From Candidatus Entotheonellaceae bacterium (GTDB lineage Bacteria > Tectomicrobia > Entotheonellia > Entotheonellales > Entotheonellaceae), in the NCBI GenBank assembly GCA_965238075.1, contig OZ250173.1, positions 96,001 through 160,000 on the forward strand: a stretch of DNA of 64,000 bases. The letters run 5' to 3'. A program made the position numbers and the translations under genes. Position 1 is the stretch's first letter; every line of letters starts with the position of its first letter. Positions 19,386-28,880 of the stretch are shown one piece after another. The notes below the pieces were generated by a model. That model did not search any database and was not told the DNA's origin. It was given only the letters and a program-made list of their open reading frames with translations.

Positions 19386-20813
19386 ATGAAACCATCGAAC
19401 ACGTTTGTCCCGAACCGGTTCGAAGCCGATGCGCTGGCGCCTCGACTTCACGCTCTTGTGGAAGCGGGGGGTATCGAAGCCGCCCGCCACCGGTGTTCGC
19501 TTCTGGTCAGCATGACCTTCGAATGCCCCCCGGTTTTGCCGTTATCCATTTTTCGTCAGGCGCAACCGCCACGCCTCCTTTGGCACCAACCCGATGAGGG
19601 TATGGCCATGGCGGGGGTTGGGTTTGCCGTTTCGCTTATGGGGTCCGGCGAGGGTCGATTCACGCAAGTAAATGCGGCGTACCGCCGATTGGTTTCGGAA
19701 GCACAGATCGATACCTGTCCATCCTATCCGTTGTCGGCCCCCGTGGCCCTCGGCGGTTTCGCGTTCGATCCCTCGGCGCCAGCCAACCCCGTCTGGGAAG
19801 CGTACCCGGACGCCCTTCTGATCGTCCCGCGATTCTTTTTCATGTCTGCTGAACATGCCGCCTGGTGTACGATCAATCTGCAGGTTTCGGCGGGCTGTGA
19901 TCCCGATGCTGTGACTGACGATATCGTATGCGAGTTTGCGGCGTTGATGCCGGTCGATGCCGATCCTGTCGCCGATCGGCAGCCCGCGATGTGGGCGCCG
20001 ATGAACGACCCGTTCGGCGCGTGGGAACAGCAGGTGCACGACATCGTGCAGGCCATTCAACGGGGCGCCGTGCAGAAAGTCGTGCTGGCGCGGGAGTTGC
20101 ACCTTCGGGCGCAAGCCGATTTTGACGTAGACATAGCGCTGCGACGATTGGCAGCGGCGGATAGGCATTGCACCCTCTTTGCCCTGGACACCGGTTCTGG
20201 CTGCATGATAGGCGCAACCCCGGAGCGCCTGGTCCGCCTGCAGGGCCGGACCGTGCAGGTGGATTGCCTGGCGGGCTCCACGGCGCGGGGTGACACCGAG
20301 CACGCGGACCGCCTGCTTGGGGAAGCCTTGCTTCACAGTGACAAGGATCGCCGCGAACATGGCCTGGTTGTGCGCACACTTCACGAGGCCCTGTCGTCGT
20401 ACTGCCTGTCCCTGCAGGTTCCCGATGCGCCTCGGCTACTCCGACTACCCGAGGTTCAGCACCTGCACACGCCGTTGCAAGGTACCCTGCCCGCTGGTTC
20501 CAGTATCCTGGATTTGGTGGCGCAACTGCATCCGACGGCTGGCGTTGGCGGTGTACCCCGCCCAGAGGCGCTCGACCTGATCCGGGAGCAGGAGCGCCTG
20601 GGCCGGGGCTGGTATGCAGGGCCGGTCGGCTGGATCGACGCGCACGGCGGTGAGTTCGTGGTTGGCATCCGGTCGGCTTTGGTCCGCGGCAGCGAGGCTT
20701 GGCTGTACGCCGGCTGCGGTATTGTGAAGGGTTCGGATCCTCGCAGCGAATACGAGGAATCCTGTCTGAAACTGCGCCCCATGCTGGCCGCGCTCAGCGA
20801 GACGGCATCATGA
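19386..20813 (+). CDS. menF: Isochorismate synthase
   Basis: GGFAFD, KVVLAR, GATPERL, LAGS, KDRREH, VQHLHT, LHPT, RGWYAGPVGW, YAGCGIV. Confidence 0.92.
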   Translation: MKPSNTFVPNRFEADALAPRLHALVEAGGIEAARHRCSLLVSMTFECPPVLPLSIFRQAQPPRLLWHQPDEGMAMAGVGFAVSLMGSGEGRFTQVNAAYRRLVSEAQIDTCPSYPLSAPVALGGFAFDPSAPANPVWEAYPDALLIVPRFFFMSAEHAAWCTINLQVSAGCDPDAVTDDIVCEFAALMPVDADPVADRQPAMWAPMNDPFGAWEQQVHDIVQAIQRGAVQKVVLARELHLRAQADFDVDIALRRLAAADRHCTLFALDTGSGCMIGATPERLVRLQGRTVQVDCLAGSTARGDTEHADRLLGEALLHSDKDRREHGLVVRTLHEALSSYCLSLQVPDAPRLLRLPEVQHLHTPLQGTLPAGSSILDLVAQLHPTAGVGGVPRPEALDLIREQERLGRGWYAGPVGWIDAHGGEFVVGIRSALVRGSEAWLYAGCGIVKGSDPRSEYEESCLKLRPMLAALSETAS

Positions 20814-22594
20814 CCCAGGCCAGTGCCCTGCGCACCTTTGTTGATGCCTTTGTCGATGAATTGGCCCGCTGTGGTCTGCAACACGCCTGTATCTGCCCCG
20901 GCTCCCGCTCCACCCCTCTGGCGGTCCTGCTGCACCAACATCCCGGTATCAAAGTCTGGATGCATCTCGACGAGCGTGCGGCGGCATATTTTGCCTTGGG
21001 CCAGGCGAAGGCTTCTCGGCAACCCGTGGCAGTACTGGGCACGTCGGGCACTGCCACGCTCAACTTCGCGCCGGCGGTTGCGGAGGCGTTCTACGCCCAC
21101 GTGCCGCTGCTGGTTCTCACCGCTGATCGTCCGCCGGAATTGCAAGAGGTCGGCGCTCCGCAAACCATTGACCAATCACGGCTTTATGGACGCCATGTGA
21201 AAAGGTGCGTCGAGATGCCGCTGCCGGAAGGCGGTCTGGTTGCGGTGCGCTACGTCCGCACCACCGCCAGCCGAGCGATGGCGGACTGTCGCGCCGAACG
21301 TCCCGGACCGGTGCACGTCAATTTCCCGTTTCGCGAGCCATTGATCCCCATTGGGCAAGATGATGCGACGACCCAACGCGGCACGGCGCCTTATGTGACT
21401 GTCACTCAGGGGCTGCAGGCACTCCGCCCCCCCGAGGTCACAATGCTGGCCGCCCAACTGCGTGGCGTGCAACGCGGCCTGATCGTTTGCGGTCCGCAAG
21501 ACGACCCCGACTTTCCCGGAGCGGTTGTGCAGTTGTCGAAGGAGCTACAGTTTCCCCTGCTGGCAGACGTGTTGTCCCAGGTGCGCCGCGGCACGCACGA
21601 CACGTCCTATGTTATCGACAGTTACGACGCCTTTTTGCGGGACTCGCAAACCGCGCGCGATCTGGTCCCGGAGCTCATACTGCGATTTGGCGCCACGCCG
21701 GTTTCCAAGCCGCTGCAGTTGTATCTGCAATGCTTGACGGCCAGCCGCCAAATGCTGATCGCGCCGGCAGATGACTGGCACGACCCGGCGCTGGTCGCAA
21801 CCGACAGGTTGCAAGTTGCTCCCCATGCTCTCTGCGAGTCATTGCTGCCGATCTTGGAGAAAACACCTCGTCAAGGCATCACCGCCAGCGCTTGGCGCCG
21901 CGAGTGGGAGCGGCTGAACGCTCAAACACGCGCCGCCCTGAAAGAATGCCTGAGCGAGAATCCCGCCTTGAGCGAACCGAAGGTCTTCGCCGATCTGGAC
22001 GCGGTGCTGCCGCCGAACGCTACCCTTTTCGCCGGTAATAGCATGCCGGTGCGTGACCTCGATTCCTTTTTCGCCGCGGGCGCCCGACCGGCCCGCTTCC
22101 TGGCCAACCGAGGCGCCAGCGGCATCGACGGTGTGGTGTCAACCGCCCTAGGCGTCAGTTCCGTGAGTTCAGGTCCCTGCGTGCTGGTCATTGGCGATCT
22201 GTCCCTCTACCACGACATGAACGGTCTGCTGGCAGCCAAACAGCACCGTCTTCAGGCGACGATCGTGCTGCTGCACAACGACGGCGGCGGCATCTTCTCG
22301 TTCTTGCCGCAAGCCGAGGCCGTAGAGTCGTTCGAAGACCTGTTCGGCACCCCGCACGGCCTGGATTTTCGCCACGCGGCACAACTCTACGACCTGGACT
22401 ATTGCGAACCCGGGGACAGCCAGGCGTTTCGCACGGCCCTCGAAAAATCCTTCCACACCTCGGGCGTCACGATGATCGCCGTCCATACCAACCGGGACGC
22501 CAACGCCCGCCTGCATCGGAACATCTGGCAGATCGTGTCGCAACGGTTACACTCGACCACTCCACCAGAGCCAGCGTCATGCGCCTCACCGTGA
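20810..22594 (+). CDS. menD: SEPHCHC synthase
   Basis: CPGSRSTPL, DERAAAYFALG, TSGTA, GPVHVNFPFREPL, NSMPVRD, NRGASGIDG, GDLSLYHD. Confidence 0.95.
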   Translation: MTQASALRTFVDAFVDELARCGLQHACICPGSRSTPLAVLLHQHPGIKVWMHLDERAAAYFALGQAKASRQPVAVLGTSGTATLNFAPAVAEAFYAHVPLLVLTADRPPELQEVGAPQTIDQSRLYGRHVKRCVEMPLPEGGLVAVRYVRTTASRAMADCRAERPGPVHVNFPFREPLIPIGQDDATTQRGTAPYVTVTQGLQALRPPEVTMLAAQLRGVQRGLIVCGPQDDPDFPGAVVQLSKELQFPLLADVLSQVRRGTHDTSYVIDSYDAFLRDSQTARDLVPELILRFGATPVSKPLQLYLQCLTASRQMLIAPADDWHDPALVATDRLQVAPHALCESLLPILEKTPRQGITASAWRREWERLNAQTRAALKECLSENPALSEPKVFADLDAVLPPNATLFAGNSMPVRDLDSFFAAGARPARFLANRGASGIDGVVSTALGVSSVSSGPCVLVIGDLSLYHDMNGLLAAKQHRLQATIVLLHNDGGGIFSFLPQAEAVESFEDLFGTPHGLDFRHAAQLYDLDYCEPGDSQAFRTALEKSFHTSGVTMIAVHTNRDANARLHRNIWQIVSQRLHSTTPPEPASCASP

Positions 22595-23412
22595 ATCGCG
22601 TGACCTATCACGTTGAGATGCAAGGAAGCGGCCCTGCGGTCTTCTTCCTGCACGGTTTTACTGGTAGTAGCGAGAACTGGACGCCGCATCTGGCGGCCCT
22701 GAGGGCGTTTACGACCGTTCGCGTCGACTTCTTGGGGCATGGCCGCTCCGACGCACCGGCCGCCATGCATCGCTATGGCATGGAAGCTTGCGTTGACGAT
22801 GTCCTGGCGATCCAGGATCACTTGGGCATACAGTGCTGCGCCATCGTGGGCTATTCGATGGGCGGCCGGGTCGCCATGCGAGTCGCCCTGCAGGCACCTG
22901 AACGCCTGTGGGCGTTGGTGCTGGAAAGCGCGTCCCCCGGCATTGCGAATCCGACCGACAGGAAGGAGCGGGTGATTCAGGACGCGAGGCTGGCGGAACA
23001 AATCAGAAAGGAAGGCGTGGCGGCCTTCGCGGATTACTGGCAGGCGCTGCCACTTTTCGCCAGCCAGTCGCGTCTGCCGGAGACGGCCCGGCAGGTATTG
23101 CGGGACCAACGCCTGCAACACACCGCAGAGGGCCTTGCCAATAGCCTGGAGGGTCTCGGCGCCGGTATGCAGGAGCCGGTGCTGCAGCGTTTGCGGGGCC
23201 TGCGCCTGCCCGTCCTGTTGTTGGCGGGGGCGCTGGATGGCAAATACTGCGGCTTGGCCAATGAGATGGCGAACAGGCTGCCGTGTAGCCGCGTGCACAT
23301 CGTGGCGGACGCCGGCCACGCCGTACATCTGGAGCGGCCCGCGGCATTCGATGCCGCCGTGCGAGACTTTCTGCAGGCGCATGCCCCAATCCCATCCGAG
23401 CCCTTGCCATGA
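22579..23412 (+). CDS. menH: SHCHC synthase
   Basis: LHGFTG, GYSMGGR, LESASPG, D.K, AGHAVHLE; follows menD. Confidence 0.92.
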   Translation: MRLTVNRVTYHVEMQGSGPAVFFLHGFTGSSENWTPHLAALRAFTTVRVDFLGHGRSDAPAAMHRYGMEACVDDVLAIQDHLGIQCCAIVGYSMGGRVAMRVALQAPERLWALVLESASPGIANPTDRKERVIQDARLAEQIRKEGVAAFADYWQALPLFASQSRLPETARQVLRDQRLQHTAEGLANSLEGLGAGMQEPVLQRLRGLRLPVLLLAGALDGKYCGLANEMANRLPCSRVHIVADAGHAVHLERPAAFDAAVRDFLQAHAPIPSEPLP

Positions 23413-24518
23413 GAGTGGCCAGACTCGCTTGCACGCCGTATTGCATACCGTTTCGCCGGCCGTTTGCCACCGCGCACGGCATCCAGACCGAGCGTCGCGG
23501 CGTCCTGCTTCAACTGCATACGGATAATGGCCTGGTTGGCCTAGGCGAAGCGGCGCCGATACCGGGCAGCGCTTCTCGGGCGTGGTCCGATGTGGCAACG
23601 CTTCTTGAGGCTGTGCAGGTATCGTTGCCCGGCAAACGGTTGGAAGAAATGATGGACGTTATGAGGCCGGTGGGCCATCTGCATCCCGCTGCCGTCGCTG
23701 CCGTGCGTTGTGGTCTCGACACGGCAGCCTGCGACGTGCTGGCGCAGGCTGCGGGCACGCCGGTGGCGTTGTGGCTGCAGAGGGAATCCTCCGAGACGGT
23801 GCCGGTGAACGCCACCATCGCGCTTCCCAACGCGGCGTCAGCGGCCGATGCGGCGGCAAAGGCACGGGCGTCGGGCTTCCCATGCGTCAAGTTGAAGGTC
23901 GGTATGGCGGCGGGTGTGGAGGCGGAACGTCAACGCGTCGCGGCAGTCAGGAAGGCTATCGGGAATCGGTTGAAATTGCGCCTCGACGCCAATGGCGCGT
24001 GGGATGTGGAACAGGCCATTTGTACGATTCAGGCCCTGGAACCGTACGACATCGAACTCGTTGAGCAGCCGGTGGCCTGCGGGGATGTTCAGGCGCTGCG
24101 GCAGGTGCTGGCGGCCGTGGGTACACCCATTGCCGCCGATGAGGACGTCGATAGTGTTGCGGCGGCAGAGCGTGTGCTGGGAGCCGGTGCGGCTCAGGTG
24201 CTGGTCATCAAGCCGATGGTGGTTGGGGGATTACGGCCGGCCCGCCAGATCATCGAACGCGCTCAGTCCCAAGGGGTCTCGTGCATCGTGACCACAACGC
24301 TCGATGCCGGCATTGGCACCGCCGCGGCACTGCACCTCGCGGCCACCCTGCCCACCACCGGCTTGGCCTGCGGCCTGGCGACCGGCGCCCTTCTGACGAC
24401 CGACCTGCTAACGACGCCTCTGACCGTCCGTGATGGCGGCATGCAACGGCCCAGCGCCGCCGGGGTCGGCGTGCGGCTCGACGAGGAAGCCGTTGAACGC
24501 CACCGCCAACCGTTATGA
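23409..24518 (+). CDS. menC: o-succinylbenzoate synthase
   Basis: Enolase superfamily: GEAAP, VPVNA, KLKVG, RLDANGAW, EQP, AADE, IKPM. Confidence 0.88.
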   Translation: MRVARLACTPYCIPFRRPFATAHGIQTERRGVLLQLHTDNGLVGLGEAAPIPGSASRAWSDVATLLEAVQVSLPGKRLEEMMDVMRPVGHLHPAAVAAVRCGLDTAACDVLAQAAGTPVALWLQRESSETVPVNATIALPNAASAADAAAKARASGFPCVKLKVGMAAGVEAERQRVAAVRKAIGNRLKLRLDANGAWDVEQAICTIQALEPYDIELVEQPVACGDVQALRQVLAAVGTPIAADEDVDSVAAAERVLGAGAAQVLVIKPMVVGGLRPARQIIERAQSQGVSCIVTTTLDAGIGTAAALHLAATLPTTGLACGLATGALLTTDLLTTPLTVRDGGMQRPSAAGVGVRLDEEAVERHRQPL

Positions 24519-25811
24519 CACCTGTGCCACCTGTGCCATGGCGGCGTCGAATACCTTTGCCGTTTCGGCCAGGTCCGCATCGCTGTGCACCAGCGAGGCG
24601 TAGCCCTTGGCTGACGGCTTCAGTACGCCGTTCGCCATCAACGCATCGTGAAAAACCCGATTCTTGTTGGCGTCGCCTGTCAGGCTGTCTCGGTAGCTTC
24701 GTACGGGTTGATCCGTAAACATCAAATGAAAGACGGGCCCCTCGCCCAACACCTGCCCGGGCACGTCGTGCTCCCGCAGCGTGGCCTGAAGTTGATCCCG
24801 CAGCCGCTGACCGACCTCGTGCAGGCGTTCATACGAGCCGGGGCGCCGCAAGATTTTCAATGTCGCCAGACCGGCAGCCGCGGCGACCGGGTTGCCGTTC
24901 AGCGTGCCGACCTGGGCAATCGGCAGGCCGCGCGCATCGGGCTGCGAAAAATGCGACATCATTTCCGTTTTACCCATCACCGCAGCTAATGGATAGCCGC
25001 CGCCGATGATCTTGCCCATAGCGGCCAGATCTGGCACCACGCCGTAGTACTCCTGCGCCCCGCCGTAGGCGAAACGGAATCCCGTCACCACCTCGTCGAA
25101 GATCAGCGGAATGCCGTACTGCGCCGTTGCCTCGCGCAGCCCTTGGAGGAATCCGGGCAGCGGCGACAAGGCGCGCTGAAACGGCTCGATGATCACCGCG
25201 CCCAAGTCGTCGTGATGGCCTTCGATGATCGCCGTGGTGCGTTCGAGGTCGTTGAACGGTGCAATCAATACTTCCTGCTCCAGGCATTCGGGAATGCCCG
25301 ACGAGCCGCGCACGCCGTACGGACCCTCCGATACGGCCTGCCCCTCGGTGCTCATGACGGCATAGTCGTGGTTACCGTGATAGCCGCCCTCGAACTTGAG
25401 AATTTTGTCGCGCCCACGGAACGCGCGCGCCGCCCGCAGCGCGAAGAAGGTGGCCTCAGAACCGGTGGAGGTGAAACGAATCTGATCGGCGCAAGCCACC
25501 GCGTCGATGATTTCGCCGGCCAGTTCGATGGCCTTGTCCGTCAGGTTGAAAAACGTCGAGCCGTTGTCGAGCTGCTCCCGCACCGCGGCGTTGACCTCGG
25601 GATGCGCATGGCCGACGATCATCGGGCCGGAGCCCAGCAGGTAATCGATCCAGCGGCGGCCATCCGGGTCATAAACGTGCGCCCCCTGCCCGCCGGCAAT
25701 CACAAAGCTGTGTTCTCCCGACAATGCCGCGTTACCGTTGGAAGCGCCGGGAAAATACTGCTGCGCCCGCGCCATCAGGGCCTCGTGGTCCGCTGACCGA
25801 GCCAATGCCAT
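24513..25811 (-). CDS. Class III aminotransferase, glutamate-1-semialdehyde aminomutase-like
   Basis: GP.IVGH, TGSEA, KFEGGYHG, LIFDEVVTGFR, GKIIGGG.P, GTLNGNP. Confidence 0.88.
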   Translation of the reverse strand: MALARSADHEALMARAQQYFPGASNGNAALSGEHSFVIAGGQGAHVYDPDGRRWIDYLLGSGPMIVGHAHPEVNAAVREQLDNGSTFFNLTDKAIELAGEIIDAVACADQIRFTSTGSEATFFALRAARAFRGRDKILKFEGGYHGNHDYAVMSTEGQAVSEGPYGVRGSSGIPECLEQEVLIAPFNDLERTTAIIEGHHDDLGAVIIEPFQRALSPLPGFLQGLREATAQYGIPLIFDEVVTGFRFAYGGAQEYYGVVPDLAAMGKIIGGGYPLAAVMGKTEMMSHFSQPDARGLPIAQVGTLNGNPVAAAAGLATLKILRRPGSYERLHEVGQRLRDQLQATLREHDVPGQVLGEGPVFHLMFTDQPVRSYRDSLTGDANKNRVFHDALMANGVLKPSAKGYASLVHSDADLAETAKVFDAAMAQVAQVS

Positions 25812-25857
25812 GCCTGCTCTCCTTCTGTCCGTGTAAGAGTTGGAGCGGTCCACTCAG

Positions 25858-26388
25858 CTAGGTCGGCAGGCTGGTACGAATCGGCTCGCTGCCGTCCCAC
25901 GTACGTGCCGCTTCGGCGATGCTTGCGAACACTTCCTCGCGCCCACTGCTCATATCAAACAGCTCCACCAGCGTCCCGGGATGGCTCTCGGTCAGGAGAT
26001 ACACGAACGCTCCGCGTCCGCCCACGCTGCCGGAATGGCCGATTTCGTACCCGGCCTCGACATAGCGTGCGACGTCGGCGTCGAACTGATGCGTGCCGTA
26101 GCCGACGTGTTGCAGGCCCTCATGCCCGGCGGCGATGAAGTCGCGGTACAACGACGGGGCGTCGTTGCGCTGCTGGATCAGCTCCACCTGGAAATTGCCC
26201 GAATTGGCAAGGGCGAGCGATACGTCCACCGGCGACGGCTCGCCCTTGTAACGAAAATCGACGAACGGGATGCGCTTGAAGTAGAACCACGGCCCGACCT
26301 CAAGCACCTCAATCCAGTGGCGCATGGCGGCTTCGATGTCGCGCACCACGAACCCGTTCTGCAGAATGCTGCCAAATAGACGACTCAT
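25858..26388 (-). CDS. VOC/glyoxalase family protein
   Basis: QNGFVVRDI, GVGPW-like motif, QVELIQQ, GLQHVG, LVEL. Confidence 0.85.
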   Translation of the reverse strand: MSRLFGSILQNGFVVRDIEAAMRHWIEVLEVGPWFYFKRIPFVDFRYKGEPSPVDVSLALANSGNFQVELIQQRNDAPSLYRDFIAAGHEGLQHVGYGTHQFDADVARYVEAGYEIGHSGSVGGRGAFVYLLTESHPGTLVELFDMSSGREEVFASIAEAARTWDGSEPIRTSLPT

Positions 26389-26411
26389 GGATGTTCTCCT
26401 TGTTCAACCGT

Positions 26412-27611
26412 TCAGACCCCGCAACCGGGCGTGGCGGCGACGTTGCCGAGGCGCTCCACCACGGCCAGGCCGCCATTCACACCCCGCGCGACCATCACCT
26501 GCATGGCAGCGTGCTGCGTGCCGGCGTCGATGGTGACCGGACCGGTCGGCGACACAAAGCCCAGTCCGCGCAAATTGTTCATGGCCGCCGCCGCGCCGAG
26601 GTCGCCGGCCTGATTCCAGGCCGCCTGCAGGGCCTTCACGGCGTTGTAGTGCGTGAGCGCCATGTAGCTGACCGGTACCTCAGAACCGTGCAGCCGCCGG
26701 ACGCCCGCCACAAAGGCCGGCACGCCACCCTCGGTGTCGCTGGCAACAAACGGCGTGGTGGTCGCAATACGCGCCAACTCGTCGGCCCCCAGGCCGTCGG
26801 CCAGGGTCTCGTTAAAGCCGATCCAGCCGATCGTCACTTGCTCCAGCAAGCCCATCTCGCGTGCCTGGTGAATGAACTCGCGGCCATGGTAGCGGGTCAC
26901 GCAAAACATCACGATCTCCGCGCCGCTCTCCCGAATCCAGCGGATGACGGGGCGGAAGTCGCGTTCGCCGGTATCGGTCAACGCCTGCCCCTGCACGTGC
27001 CCGCCGAGCGGTCCGATGGTGAAGCGCAGGCGCCGGAACATACTGTTTTGCCAGCTTGGATACGAGCCCAGCAGGAAATACTTCTTGCCGGCCCCGGACG
27101 CATCCAGGTAACGCACCAGCGGCTGGCTGTCGTGGGCCATGGTCGGCCCCAAGGAGAACAACGCCGGATTGCAAAACCCGCCTTCGTGGTTGGTGGCGTT
27201 CAGGAGCGGCACGTTGAACTTTGCCAGTGTCCGGGCGGCGTAGCGGCGCCCGGCCGCCGCCCACGGGCCGATGATGGCGGCGGCGCCCCAATCCGTCACG
27301 AGTTCCCGGCAATGGCCGGGCAGGACGTTGGGGGTGGTTTCCGAATCGCGGTACGCCGTTTCGAGCGGTCGGCCAAGCACGCCGCCGGCCTCGTTGATTT
27401 CCGCCACTGCGGTTTCGATGCCCATCCGCATCTGACGGGCATAACTGTCGACGTCGCCGGTAAGCGGCAGCAGCACGCCGATGCGCACCGCTTCATGGGT
27501 TTGCGCCAGGACCGAAAAGCCCCGTCCCAGCGATGCCGCCGCGCCAAATGCCGTCAGGCCCGTCAGCAAACTGCGCCGGGTGATCGGTCGTCGCACGTAT
27601 GCGTTGTTCAT
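26412..27611 (-). CDS. Tat-exported branched-chain/urea/amide-type substrate-binding protein (UrtA/AmiC-like)
   Basis: TRRSLL, IGVLLPLTG, AVAEINEAGGVLGR, HEGG, SPTG.VTID. Confidence 0.85.
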   Translation of the reverse strand: MNNAYVRRPITRRSLLTGLTAFGAAASLGRGFSVLAQTHEAVRIGVLLPLTGDVDSYARQMRMGIETAVAEINEAGGVLGRPLETAYRDSETTPNVLPGHCRELVTDWGAAAIIGPWAAAGRRYAARTLAKFNVPLLNATNHEGGFCNPALFSLGPTMAHDSQPLVRYLDASGAGKKYFLLGSYPSWQNSMFRRLRFTIGPLGGHVQGQALTDTGERDFRPVIRWIRESGAEIVMFCVTRYHGREFIHQAREMGLLEQVTIGWIGFNETLADGLGADELARIATTTPFVASDTEGGVPAFVAGVRRLHGSEVPVSYMALTHYNAVKALQAAWNQAGDLGAAAAMNNLRGLGFVSPTGPVTIDAGTQHAAMQVMVARGVNGGLAVVERLGNVAATPGCGV

Positions 27612-27686
27612 TTTGTCTCCTTACAGCGGGGTGGATTGAGCACCAGGGACCGACAGGTGGGCAAACGTGTGCATCGCCTGGGGGAT

Positions 27687-28637
27687 TTACTGTCGGGCTT
27701 GCGCCCGTAATTCGTCATACGCCTCACGAATCACCGTCAGATGCCGCTCTTCCTCCTCGGCGAATTGCTCGAAGATGGCCCGGCCTTGCGGCTTGTCGAC
27801 CTGGTTGGCGTAGTGGCGGAAAAATTCGTATGACCGGCGCTCAGCGTCCATGGCCGCCTGCAGGGCTTCGGTGGGGCCGGCCGAGAGTACCATTTGCCGG
27901 ATGTGCTCACGGCCTTTCGGGAAGATGCTTTCGAGACGTTCGTAATCGAACTGCAACAACGCCGGTTCGTCGTCCAGCCAGGCGTGGCTCTGCCGCAGGG
28001 CGTCAAACTCTGCCTGCAATACTTCCAGGTGCTCTCTCTCCTCAACGGCCAGGCGCGAAAAAACCTCCCGCGTCATCGCGTCACCCGTGGCCTCCAGGGC
28101 ATGGTTGTAAAAATGCAAGCCCTGCTGCTCATTGGTAATAGCCATTTCCAGAGCGTCACGGGCGAGGATGACTTCCAATTCCCTGCCCGTGCCGTGGCGG
28201 CTGGACGGCGGCGCCACCTTCTTGCAGTCCGTGCACACGCTGAGGATACGCACCGCGTGGGACTGCGGCGTGAAATCGTGCTGCTGCTGCGCCTGACGGA
28301 GCAGGGATTCCAACTCCGGGCTGAGAAACTCGACGGTGCGGTTGCAGGAGGAGCAGATGATGTGGTGATGCTCGAAGCGGTTGGGTTCGTAGCGTTGGGT
28401 GCCGTCGCCGTAGTCCATGGAACGCGCCAGGCCGCAGCCCTCAAGAAGCCGCAGGGTGCGGTAGACGGTGGCGAAGCCAACGCGCGGGCTCTTCTGGCGA
28501 ACCTGCTCGTGCAGTTCCTGGGCGGAGAAGTGCCCCTTGGAGGCGAGAAACACCTCCAGAATGTCGCTGCGGGGTTTGGAATGTTTGAGGTTCTGGCTGC
28601 GGAGATAGTCTTCGAAAATCTCGAATTCATCAGGCAT
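27687..28637 (-). CDS. Fur-family regulator fused to a C-terminal rubrerythrin/ferritin-like domain
   Basis: Fur: HFSAQEL, GFATVYRTL, RYE, EHHHIICSSC, VEF, CTDC. Ferritin-like: ALEMAITNE...FY, EEREH, ALQAAMDAE, EEERH. Confidence 0.9.
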   Translation of the reverse strand: MPDEFEIFEDYLRSQNLKHSKPRSDILEVFLASKGHFSAQELHEQVRQKSPRVGFATVYRTLRLLEGCGLARSMDYGDGTQRYEPNRFEHHHIICSSCNRTVEFLSPELESLLRQAQQQHDFTPQSHAVRILSVCTDCKKVAPPSSRHGTGRELEVILARDALEMAITNEQQGLHFYNHALEATGDAMTREVFSRLAVEEREHLEVLQAEFDALRQSHAWLDDEPALLQFDYERLESIFPKGREHIRQMVLSAGPTEALQAAMDAERRSYEFFRHYANQVDKPQGRAIFEQFAEEEERHLTVIREAYDELRAQARQ

Positions 28638-28797
28638 GAGGATACCTTTTTGGCGGGGTAGACGTCGTTGTTTGACCGTTCCCAACACGCGACGCGGAAG
28701 GCGCTATTGTACTTAAGGCGGTTGAAACGGGTCAAGCAAGGGCCCGGACGGCTCAGCCCGTTCAGCTGCCTGGCGCAGAACACGCCCTGTTTTGTTC

Positions 28798-28814
28798 TTG
28801 AAAACGGTTCTCAA
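28798..28814. promoter_or_regulatory. Fur-box-like operator upstream of the Fe3+ transporter
   Basis: TTGAAAAC-G-GTTCTCAA near-palindrome overlapping a TTGAAA -35-like hexamer. Confidence 0.75.
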
Positions 28815-28880
28815 CATCATAATAATACCCCCAATGCGCACCTACCCGTTTATCCCACTCTGTGGAGGGAGTCGAAACCC

